The notes under the pieces are model-generated. The model was not told the origin of the DNA. It searched no databases and saw only the letters and a program-made list of their open reading frames with translations. 64,000 nucleotides of DNA from an uncultured bacterium (GTDB taxonomy: Bacteria > Margulisbacteria > Marinamargulisbacteria > SXXA01). The DNA lies in assembly GCA_903864835.1 (NCBI GenBank), contig CAIPHK010000010.1, positions 2,145 to 66,144 on the forward strand. The letters run 5' to 3'. This document shows positions 51,582 through 60,111 of this stretch, in pieces. Position numbers and translations under genes: made by a program. How positions within the stretch are numbered: the first letter of the stretch is position 1; every line of letters begins with the position of its first letter.

Positions 51582-52337
51582 ATGATTGATATAAGTTCCT
51601 TAATGCCTCAGCTATCCGTTCTCAAACAAAAAGCCGCCGTCGACACCGCTTCAAATTCGGCAGACCCGTTTAGCGCCATCCTAAATCAACAGATCGACGC
51701 AGTAACCGAAACATCTGACCCCGCACCAGTCTCACTGGATGAAATTGACGAAATGTCTTCCCTGCCCGACGAACTCAAATCGATGATCAAGGACCTTATG
51801 GAAGGAACCCCACAAACTGATGATCAACTGAAAGCCGCCTCTAAAAAACTTGCGGTGATATCTCGCGGCCTCGTTGATATCCTCAACAACACAATGCCAG
51901 GCACCGAAACAGCGCAAGCCGAAGTCGACCTCCAATACGCAATATTTGGAACATTCCAACTTCTTGAAAATTATGGTTACAAACCGGCAGTATCGGATCT
52001 GGTCCAAACCTGGAAAACCATTGATGCTCGAACCGATAGCTATGAAACGCTGATGTCTGGACTGGTCGATTTTATAAAGACAAAAGCATGCAAGCTGAAG
52101 GGCCTAAAAACAGACGACACAATCACTAAGGATGTCACCACAAAAAAATTGACTTGGGAAATGCAATATGAACTCTGGTCAACTGTCTCGGCCTACGGGA
52201 ATACCAGTCGGAGCCAGCTATTGCTTAAGACGTTCAATGACACAAACCAAATGGCATCGGCCAAGGTGGATCTTAAAGGAACAAAAATCGACTCATTGAT
52301 CGATCCTGTAGCCCCGTCATCGTCAACAGACTTCTAG
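51582..52337 (+). CDS. Hypothetical protein (251 aa, acidic, probably helical)
   Basis: Long ORF with GAGGTG SD; no recognisable motif. Confidence 0.7.
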   Translation: MIDISSLMPQLSVLKQKAAVDTASNSADPFSAILNQQIDAVTETSDPAPVSLDEIDEMSSLPDELKSMIKDLMEGTPQTDDQLKAASKKLAVISRGLVDILNNTMPGTETAQAEVDLQYAIFGTFQLLENYGYKPAVSDLVQTWKTIDARTDSYETLMSGLVDFIKTKACKLKGLKTDDTITKDVTTKKLTWEMQYELWSTVSAYGNTSRSQLLLKTFNDTNQMASAKVDLKGTKIDSLIDPVAPSSSTDF

Positions 52338-52354
52338 TCCGTACGTTAAATAAT

Positions 52355-52383
52355 CACCATTTTCAGCCATGCTGAAAATGGTG
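52355..52383. terminator. 13-bp perfect inverted repeat overlapping the tRNA-Leu 3' end, at a convergent junction
   Basis: CACCATTTTCAGC-cat-GCTGAAAATGGTG. Confidence 0.55.
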
Positions 52384-52465
52384 CCGAAGGCCGGAATCGA
52401 ACCGGCACAAAGTTGCCCTTACAGGTTTTTGAGACCTGCGCGTCTACCAATTCCGCCACTTCGGC
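52379..52465 (-). tRNA. tRNA-Leu (anticodon CAA), 87 nt, CCA encoded
   Basis: Minus strand GCCGAAG..TGGCGGAATTGGTAGACGCG, anticodon arm CAGGT-CTCAAAA-ACCTG, long variable arm, GGTTCGATTCC T-loop, CTTCGGC-ACCA. Confidence 0.97.
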
Positions 52466-52502
52466 TTATATGTGACTCTGGGTCCTTTTTGGGGACCTCG
52501 GG

Positions 52503-52531
52503 ATAATACCCGAAAGTGCGAGTTGTGTCAC
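52503..52531 (-). promoter_or_regulatory. Putative tRNA-Leu promoter
   Basis: Minus strand GTGACA-17 nt-TATTAT. Confidence 0.55.
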
Positions 52532-52605
52532 GATTGAGTTTTTATCGTTCTCACTAGACTGGCTGTTAGGTTTGGCATCAATTTTATGATACATTATTAC
52601 CCCTT

Positions 52606-54747
52606 ATGACACTTAACGATCCTCAACGAGACGCCGTTCATCACTTCGGGACGCCCCTATTAATCATAGCGGGAGCCGGTGCCGGCAAGACAATGGTTCT
52701 GACCCATAAAATACGGTATATGGTTCAAGAGTTGGGCGTATACCCTCACAATATTTTAGCCATTACTTTTACAAACAAAGCCGCCAGGGAAATGAAGGAT
52801 CGGGTTTCTGCCTTAATGCCAGAGATGACCAATCCCCCATTCTTGGGAACATTTCATTCATTTTGCAACGACGTATTGCGTCGTGAAATTCAACATTTAG
52901 GCCGAGAAAGCACATTTGTTATCTTGGATCATTCCGACCAAGTACGAATCGTAAAGCAGCTGTTAAGCAAACAGAATGTCGACGACAAAAAATACCCGCC
53001 CAACATGGTTCTTTCACAATTCGAGCGGATCAAAACATCGTTAACCACCGCTTCCGGGTACAATCGTGATTCTCAACGGGATCCGATTATTTCCAACCTA
53101 TACACTGCATATCAGGATCAACTGGCCAATCAAAACGCCGTCGACTTTAACGATTTGCTTTTTTTAACAGTTCAACTGTGGCATCAATTCCCCGACATTC
53201 TGGAAAAATACCAAGACCGCTATCCAGTTGTATTAGTCGACGAATACCAAGATACCAATCATGCCCAATTGGTACTCATTCAACTGATTACAAAAAAATA
53301 TCACAACATTACGGTGGTTGGAGACTTTGACCAAACTATCTATTCCTGGCGCGGAGCAACCATTCAAAACATCCTTCAATTTGAAGAAACCTACCCCGAT
53401 GCCACTGTGATTAAATTAGAAGAAAATTTTAGATCCACTGGCAATATTTTAAGGGCGGCCAATGCGTTAATTACCAACAATACCCAACGTCTCGAAAAGT
53501 CCCTTTGGACACGTAACGATGACGGAGACTTATTGACCTATTATTGTGGCTCCACGGAACGTGACGAAGCCTTTTTTATTGGCCGAGAAATGATCAAACG
53601 ATCCCATGCAGGCACCCCATTTAGTGGAATTGCAGTGCTCTACCGAACCAACTCCCAAAGCCGAGTCATTGAAGAAGTACTCGCACAGCTTGAAATTCCT
53701 TATCGGGTTATTGGTGGATTTAAGTTTTTCCAAAGAGCGGAAATTCGAGATATCGCCGCCTATCTTCGTCTGGTATTCAACCCCCATGATAATGCCGCGT
53801 TTGCCCGGGCAATTTCATCCCCGTCTCGGGGTGTAGGCGAGACCAGTCTTGATCGTCTCGCCGCCCAATCGGCCAGCGAAGGTCAATCTATCTATACACT
53901 AGTACAGAATGCACTCTTGACCATTGGCGCCCGGCAGACCGCCATAATTCAAGAATTTTTTGCCTTGATCGATCGTATTTCCACGATCTACCAAGGCGCC
54001 CCCAATGACAAAATAGGAACGCTAATTAGGGCGATTCTGGACCAATCAGGATATCAAACTCATCTGTTAAGCGGCGCCATACCCAACGGAGCGGATCGGT
54101 TAGAAACCGTAATGGAGTTGGTCAATCTTGCCCATGAGGAAGAAATGGAGCTTGGTGAATTTTTGACACGGCTTAGTTTGGCCTCCGACTGGGATGAAAA
54201 AGAAGAATCCGCTGAAGCCGTCACGCTAATGACCATTCACCACTCCAAGGGTTTAGAATTCCGGACCGTATTTATTGCAGGAATGGAAGAAGGCCTAATG
54301 CCTCATTTTAGGTCCCAAACTGACGATGAGATCGAAGAAGAACGACGACTGTGCTATGTCGCCATAACCCGAGGAAAAGAACGGGTGATTCTTACCGGCG
54401 CTCAGAGTCGGTTATTTCAAGGGGATTTACGGAAATGTACCCCCTCTCGGTTTTTAAAAGAATTACCTGCCCATTTAATTCAGCATTCTGGCGCAAAGTC
54501 CTTTGGCCCTGCCTCCGCAGCACCCACGTTTCACGTCCCCTCCAGCGCCCCTAAGGTCACAGTTCCGTCAGTCGACTATCAACCGACCGATTGGGTCTCT
54601 CATCCCCAATGGGGCAAAGGAGAGGTCATTAGCGTCGATGGAAACGGAGAAAATGCCGTGCTTCATATCTCGTTTAGCGGCATGGAAAAAAAGCTAATGG
54701 CCAAGTACGCGCCTATTCGAAAACTCGCAGTTAACGCATCAGAATAA
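52606..54747 (+). CDS. pcrA: UvrD/PcrA SF1 DNA helicase
   Basis: AGAGAGKT, ITFTNKAAREM, VDEYQDTN, VGDFDQTIYSWRGA, LYRTNSQSR, TIHHSKGLEF, EEERRLCYVAITR, C-terminal Tudor-like HPQWGKGEV. Confidence 0.95.
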   Translation: MTLNDPQRDAVHHFGTPLLIIAGAGAGKTMVLTHKIRYMVQELGVYPHNILAITFTNKAAREMKDRVSALMPEMTNPPFLGTFHSFCNDVLRREIQHLGRESTFVILDHSDQVRIVKQLLSKQNVDDKKYPPNMVLSQFERIKTSLTTASGYNRDSQRDPIISNLYTAYQDQLANQNAVDFNDLLFLTVQLWHQFPDILEKYQDRYPVVLVDEYQDTNHAQLVLIQLITKKYHNITVVGDFDQTIYSWRGATIQNILQFEETYPDATVIKLEENFRSTGNILRAANALITNNTQRLEKSLWTRNDDGDLLTYYCGSTERDEAFFIGREMIKRSHAGTPFSGIAVLYRTNSQSRVIEEVLAQLEIPYRVIGGFKFFQRAEIRDIAAYLRLVFNPHDNAAFARAISSPSRGVGETSLDRLAAQSASEGQSIYTLVQNALLTIGARQTAIIQEFFALIDRISTIYQGAPNDKIGTLIRAILDQSGYQTHLLSGAIPNGADRLETVMELVNLAHEEEMELGEFLTRLSLASDWDEKEESAEAVTLMTIHHSKGLEFRTVFIAGMEEGLMPHFRSQTDDEIEEERRLCYVAITRGKERVILTGAQSRLFQGDLRKCTPSRFLKELPAHLIQHSGAKSFGPASAAPTFHVPSSAPKVTVPSVDYQPTDWVSHPQWGKGEVISVDGNGENAVLHISFSGMEKKLMAKYAPIRKLAVNASE

Positions 54748-54800
54748 ATAGCTAAAAATTTTAGGTTTCGAAAGTCCAACTTAGCGGAATACTCTTAAGG

Positions 54801-54964
54801 CAAGGGGTGGGGGAACTCCGAGATATTCGATCTAGGTAAGCGGTTATGGCGATCGAATTGATGCTAAACCAGAGTGGTTTTGATGATCGTGTTTTTTACA
54901 AAAACACGGGGCCGAAATCACTCTGTAGCGTCTTTCGTTTCTTGCGTACTTACGCCACATTTTG
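54801..54964 (+). ncRNA. Candidate structured RNA (long irregular rod), family unassigned
   Basis: Nested stems 54888-96/54900-08, 54870-82/54913-25, 54860-66/54926-32, 54854-57/54934-37 and 54836-40/54949-53; non-Watson-Crick positions within stems are G-U on the + strand. Confidence 0.5.
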
Positions 54965-54982
54965 TACGATCCAACGGATCCT

Positions 54983-55141
54983 ATGAAATCCGCAAAATTA
55001 CTAATTGTCAGCTCCGCAGTATTTTTTACATTTCAACTCATTGCCTTTGGGTTGGTGTATCTAAAAATGGGTGATCTGGCGAAACAATTTAAAAATCGTC
55101 AATCTGGAGCGCCCAATGAATCTGACCCCCGTTCGTCTTGA
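54983..55141 (+). CDS. Small single-pass membrane protein (52 aa; below the ORF-track cutoff)
   Basis: MKSAKLLIVSSAVFFTFQLIAFGLVYLKMGDLAKQFKNRQSGAPNESDPRSS*; overlaps the pepN ATG. Confidence 0.5.
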   Translation: MKSAKLLIVSSAVFFTFQLIAFGLVYLKMGDLAKQFKNRQSGAPNESDPRSS

Positions 55142-57734
55142 GAGCTATACGCCACTTCCCTACCTCATCAACACCGCGCATCTCACATTTCAGCTAGATC
55201 CCAATCGAACACTCGTTGAATCCATTCTCGTAGTCGAACCAAGCCCTTCATGGAACGGGGAGCCGCTTCACCTAACCGGCGAAAACATTGAGCTACTGTC
55301 AGTCCATATTGATGGAGAAATCACAACTCCCGCAACCGAAGGTGACACACTGGTTATCCCGAGTTTCAACTCAATCCAGACAATCAAGATTGTCACGGCC
55401 ATTGCCCCGAAATTGAACACCGAGCTTGACGGTCTATACTGGACAAACGGTACCTTTTGTACACAAAACGAACCCGAAGGCTTCCGAAAGATTACCTATT
55501 TTTTAGACCGCCCGGATAACTTAACCGTATTTACAACGACCCTTATCGCCCCAGAAGTCGACTATCCTTATTTACTGTCAAACGGAAATCTGTCGAGTTC
55601 CATTCGCAAACCTAATGGTGATCTTCACGTGACATGGACCGACCCGTTTCCAAAACCATCCTATTTATACGCTGTTGTCGCTGGAAAATTCGATGTCATT
55701 CAAGATCAATTTACGACAACATCTGGACGCACAGTGCTGTTAGAAATTTATTCTGATCCGGGATATAGCGACCGATGTACCTATGCAATGGGTGCACTTA
55801 AACGGGCCATGGCCTGGGACGAGATCCGATACAATCGAGAATATGATTTGGACCGATTTATGATTGTTGCTATTGAGTCCTTCAATATGGGGGCGATGGA
55901 AAATAAAGGCCTCAATATATTTAACTCCGCCTATATCTTGGCCGATCCCCGCACGGCTACCGATACCGACTATATGAATATCGAAGGGGTTGTTGCCCAC
56001 GAATATTTCCATAATTGGACCGGTAATAGGGTCACGTGCAGGGACTGGTTTCAATTGACACTCAAAGAAGGACTCACCGTCTACCGTGACCAAGAATTTT
56101 CAGCGGACACCAATTCTCGGGGCGTCAAACGGATTTCAGACGTCAAACTAATGAAAGAATCTCAATTTACGGAAGACGCCGGCCCAATGTCCCATCCGAT
56201 TCAGCCAAAAACCTATCTAGAGATCAATAATTTCTATACATCTACTGTATATAATAAGGGCGCAGAGATCATTCGAATGATGGCCTTACTATCCGGCCCA
56301 GCTGGCTTCCGATCAGGAACCGATTTGTATTTTGAACGCCATGACGGGCACGCAGTCACCACCGAAGATTTTGTCAGAGCAATCGAAGACGGCGCGGGCA
56401 TTGACCTCACCTTATTTCGTCGATGGTACCACCAAGCCAGGACGCCCGAAGTCACAGTAACGCCTGAGTTTTCAGGGACCACATTGACCCACCTACGGTT
56501 CGAGCAATCATGTCAGGTCGCACCAGACGGTCATAAGCCAGCGCCATTCGTAATCCCTATTGCGATCGCACTCTACACACCTGATGGGCAAGAAATTTCA
56601 TTTTCGGTCGATTCAGGCCCACGACAGAACGAGAATACCGTTATCCTGGCGGATTCCAGTAAAACAGTATCGATCCAGTCTGAAGAATCGTCCGTAATAC
56701 CGTCTCTACTCCGAAATTTCAGCGCGCCAGTCCGCATCAAATATCCCTATACTGAAAGTCAATTTATTACGCTTTTGGGCCATGACACCGATGCGGTGAA
56801 CAAATGTGACGCAGCACAGCAACTCTTTGAATCAACCATTCTACGGCATCATCAATCCCCTGAATCAATGACACTATCCGACGATATGGCCCACGCTATT
56901 CAGAAAGTGATTACGGACATCCAACTCGATCCTGCAGTGGCCGCCGCATGTCTACAGATTCCGAGTATAAATCACCTACTCGACCAGGTTTCTGGGTTTC
57001 CGATCGAAGCCGTTGCACGTGCCCAAAAAACATTTATTTCTGTCGTCTCCACCCATTTTCTTCCCGATATTCTCAGGCGGTACCAGTCGTTACACACCGA
57101 TACAGACTATGCCCCAAGTCCGTCGCAAGTTGAACGTCGTCGCCTAAAAAACACGCTTCTTGCGTTGCTATCTGAGTGCCCCGAAGGCGCCCAATTGGCA
57201 GAATCCCAATTTCACAGTGCCAACAACATGACAGATCTGTTTGCGGGACTAGTAGCAGTAATCAACACACCTAACACTCAGACAGTTCAAGAAAAATATA
57301 TCAATCAGTTCTTCCAAAACTGGCAAACCGAACCACTCGTCATTAATAAATGGTTAGCGGCCCAAGCTGCAAGCACACAGTCAACCACCTTCGAACGGGT
57401 GACCCACCTGTTATCCCACCCCACCTATAATCGCCTGGTCCCGAACCAATTCCGTGCACTGGTCGGGACTTTTGCAAACAACTTGCCCCATTTTCATCGA
57501 TATGACGGGTTAGGCTATCAATGGGTTGCCCAACAAATAACCGAATTAGATCCGTACAACCCCCAAATCGCGGCCCGCATCGCGCTCTCGTTCCAACGAA
57601 CTGCTCGGTGTGACCTCTCGCGTCGCATCATAATTGACCGGATTCTTTCGACGATACTGTCCCAACCGAAAATATCAAAAAATCTCTATGAAGTTGTCAG
57701 CAAGATCAAAGGTAGCTACAATTTGACCCAGTAA
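55116..57734 (+). CDS. pepN: Aminopeptidase N (M1 family)
   Basis: TQNEPEGFRKIT, DPFPKPSYL, GAMENKGLN, VAHEYFHNWTGNRVT..LKEG, NNFYTSTVYNKGAE, NPQIAAR; start moved to ATG 55116 (GGAG SD). Confidence 0.97.
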   Translation: MNLTPVRLESYTPLPYLINTAHLTFQLDPNRTLVESILVVEPSPSWNGEPLHLTGENIELLSVHIDGEITTPATEGDTLVIPSFNSIQTIKIVTAIAPKLNTELDGLYWTNGTFCTQNEPEGFRKITYFLDRPDNLTVFTTTLIAPEVDYPYLLSNGNLSSSIRKPNGDLHVTWTDPFPKPSYLYAVVAGKFDVIQDQFTTTSGRTVLLEIYSDPGYSDRCTYAMGALKRAMAWDEIRYNREYDLDRFMIVAIESFNMGAMENKGLNIFNSAYILADPRTATDTDYMNIEGVVAHEYFHNWTGNRVTCRDWFQLTLKEGLTVYRDQEFSADTNSRGVKRISDVKLMKESQFTEDAGPMSHPIQPKTYLEINNFYTSTVYNKGAEIIRMMALLSGPAGFRSGTDLYFERHDGHAVTTEDFVRAIEDGAGIDLTLFRRWYHQARTPEVTVTPEFSGTTLTHLRFEQSCQVAPDGHKPAPFVIPIAIALYTPDGQEISFSVDSGPRQNENTVILADSSKTVSIQSEESSVIPSLLRNFSAPVRIKYPYTESQFITLLGHDTDAVNKCDAAQQLFESTILRHHQSPESMTLSDDMAHAIQKVITDIQLDPAVAAACLQIPSINHLLDQVSGFPIEAVARAQKTFISVVSTHFLPDILRRYQSLHTDTDYAPSPSQVERRRLKNTLLALLSECPEGAQLAESQFHSANNMTDLFAGLVAVINTPNTQTVQEKYINQFFQNWQTEPLVINKWLAAQAASTQSTTFERVTHLLSHPTYNRLVPNQFRALVGTFANNLPHFHRYDGLGYQWVAQQITELDPYNPQIAARIALSFQRTARCDLSRRIIIDRILSTILSQPKISKNLYEVVSKIKGSYNLTQ

Positions 57735-57927
57735 TTTATTGGCTTGTGCTCGTCCTTAAGCGTGACGATGCGACAAACCAATTGTTCCGTTGTATTGGAT
57801 AAAGGGCACCAGTTAGAACTAACTTTGGCATTCGGTTATTCCGAACGGGTTTGCGTTTGCATATCCGAAATGCGGCTTTAGTTTTTGACTCCCAGATGAA
57901 TAATTCATTTTTTAAGGATTAGGAATA

Positions 57928-60054
57928 ATGCAAAATCAGGTAACAGAGAGTTTACATCGTGAAAGATGGCATATCACCGAGGTCGATCAAGTACAGGTTC
58001 AGGAATACGCTGAAAAATTTAAAATTGATCCATTACTCGCACGATTGCTACTGGTCCGAAATATCGGAGACGGCATCGACGAGGAAATATGGAAGTTTAT
58101 CAATCCCCCTGCGTCGTTAATTACAGACTACTCAACGTGTACGGCATCTGAAGATTTAATTGCCGCTACAAATCGAATCGCCGGCGCCATCCAAAAGGGT
58201 GAACGGATTATGATCAACGGGGACCCAGATGCCGACGGAATCTCCGGAGGAACCATCTTGGTGTCGTCAATACGAGAGCTTGGCGGAGAGGCATATTATG
58301 ACTTCCCCACCCGAGCCAAAGAAGGTCACGGACTTCAACCTCGAATTATTGATGAGAGCAAAAAACTCGGCTGCAGCTTGATTGTGACATCCGATTGCGG
58401 CTCCAAAGACGTTGAGGCCACAGACTACGCCAATGCGTTGGGACTGGACGTCATTATATGCGACCACCACGTACTCGGAAAAAATCTACCCAAGGCACTC
58501 GCCTTGGTGAATCCTCATAAATATGCGGAACCCTCATTCTCTAAAGGATTGTCTGGGGCCGGGGTTGCCTTCAAACTGGTCCTCGCAGTATTTGAGAAAT
58601 TGGGAAAAACGGTCACTCCTGAATTCATGGATTATCTTCTGGCACTCGTCGCTCTAGGAACTATCTCTGACCGGATGTCATTCCTGAATCCCATGAACCG
58701 GGTGATGGTCAACGGCGGAGTCGATGCAATCAATCGGACCGAAATGGAAGGCCTTCGCGCCCTCAAAGAGATCAGCCGAAGTAACTATAAGGAACTAAAG
58801 TCCCGAGAAATCGGCCGGACAATCGTCCCCCGACTTAACGCCCCAGGCCGAATTGGTGACCGAGATGAGGGCATTCCTGACTCTCGAATCGTACTTGACC
58901 TTCTATTAATTGGAACAGGTCAGCCCAACGCAGAGAAAGCACTAAAAGTTCTTGAACAATTCACAAGTGTTGTTGAGCTTGAAAAAAAGAGCCGGACCCA
59001 AGTCACTGGGGACGCACTTGGCGAAGCTGCAGTTGTTGACGAAGTCAATGAAAAACGAAAGTTTATTACCAGCAAAATTGAAGACGAAATTGATCAGTTG
59101 ATCGACGATCAGGTTGATCCTCAAAAAGATAAAATTGTGATTGTTCGAGGAAAAAACTGGAATCCAGGTGTCATCGGTATTGATACCGATCGACTGAAAG
59201 ATCGCTTTTTGCGCCCCGCAATGATTTTGACGGATTATGACGGCAGTGAATTTGTTCGAGGCTCCGTCCGAAGTATTCCGACCATTAACATGTACCGTAT
59301 TATTGATGCGGTTGGTGAGGCCTTTGAATCAAGTAACGGCCATCAACTTTTCCAAACCGAGGTTAACACTCAGTTTGGTAAACGAATAATCAACGCGTTT
59401 GGCGGACACGCCCAGGCCTGTGGATTTACCCTTCATAGTACCAATGTTCCATTCTTCCTAGACGCCGTTCGTCAGGAAATGGAAAAGCTCACGATGGAGC
59501 AGTTTGAATATTCGTACGAAATCTTAGATACCATTCGGTTCAATCAAATCAACTTTGAAATCGTCAAAAAGCTAGACCTTTTGGCTCCATACGGGCAAGC
59601 GTTTGACTACCCAATTTTTTACCTCAAAGGGTGCTCGCTAAGCCGAGGCCGCGCGTTTGGTAACAAATATCAGGAAGCACGAACGCCACACGTGGAATTT
59701 ACTGTTTCAGAAGGTGCAAACCGCAAAAACAATCCGAATCAGCGCAGACTTGATTCAGTTGGATTTGGGCTTTGGGAAAAATATTCACAGATTGTTAACA
59801 CAAACCCATTCGGCACATTCGATATTATCTTCTTTATTGAGCAGGTAAAAAAAGGTCGTGGACGATACGCTAAAGATATATTGAGACTCAATGTCCTAGA
59901 TATCCGACGATCAGAAGATACCCGAGGTATTGGATCCAGGAAACGGAAACGTCGTAAGAAAAAGAAGAAACTATTAGCTAACGGTCAACCACAGCCGCAA
60001 GCGCAACAGACCAGTCCCCCACAAGCCCAGGGTTCCGGCGCGACAGAGGGATAA
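57928..60054 (+). CDS. recJ: Single-stranded-DNA-specific exonuclease RecJ (DHH/DHHA1), divergent
   Basis: GDPDADG, EGHG, TSDCG, CDHH, VNP, GAGVAFKL, ALGTISD, PRLNAPGR, RGSVRS, FGGHAQACG, APYG. Confidence 0.88.
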   Translation: MQNQVTESLHRERWHITEVDQVQVQEYAEKFKIDPLLARLLLVRNIGDGIDEEIWKFINPPASLITDYSTCTASEDLIAATNRIAGAIQKGERIMINGDPDADGISGGTILVSSIRELGGEAYYDFPTRAKEGHGLQPRIIDESKKLGCSLIVTSDCGSKDVEATDYANALGLDVIICDHHVLGKNLPKALALVNPHKYAEPSFSKGLSGAGVAFKLVLAVFEKLGKTVTPEFMDYLLALVALGTISDRMSFLNPMNRVMVNGGVDAINRTEMEGLRALKEISRSNYKELKSREIGRTIVPRLNAPGRIGDRDEGIPDSRIVLDLLLIGTGQPNAEKALKVLEQFTSVVELEKKSRTQVTGDALGEAAVVDEVNEKRKFITSKIEDEIDQLIDDQVDPQKDKIVIVRGKNWNPGVIGIDTDRLKDRFLRPAMILTDYDGSEFVRGSVRSIPTINMYRIIDAVGEAFESSNGHQLFQTEVNTQFGKRIINAFGGHAQACGFTLHSTNVPFFLDAVRQEMEKLTMEQFEYSYEILDTIRFNQINFEIVKKLDLLAPYGQAFDYPIFYLKGCSLSRGRAFGNKYQEARTPHVEFTVSEGANRKNNPNQRRLDSVGFGLWEKYSQIVNTNPFGTFDIIFFIEQVKKGRGRYAKDILRLNVLDIRRSEDTRGIGSRKRKRRKKKKKLLANGQPQPQAQQTSPPQAQGSGATEG

Positions 60055-60066
60055 CCCCCTCTTCCC

Positions 60067-60111
60067 AAATCCCCCTCAACATCTAATTCGACGTTGAGGG
60101 GGATTTTTTTT
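60067..60111 (+). terminator. Intrinsic terminator at the convergent recJ/mltG junction
   Basis: AAATCCCCCTCAAC (60067-60080) / GTTGAGGGGGATTT (60093-60106), running into a T tract. Confidence 0.7.

Noticed and set aside
49800-52400. Integrated element at tRNA-Leu
   Set aside because: No integrase and no direct repeat of the tRNA 3' end were found; a housekeeping-type gamma-CA gene lies within the region.
54874-55074. 66-aa ORF from the track in the pcrA-pepN gap
   Set aside because: It starts inside the RNA stem with no SD and is not protein-like; the 52-aa TM ORF is the better candidate.
57800-57860. c-di-GMP-I riboswitch-like words on the minus strand (GCAAACC...CAAAG...CTAA)
   Set aside because: It lacks the GNRA loop and GACGCAAA junction, and no minus-strand gene lies downstream.
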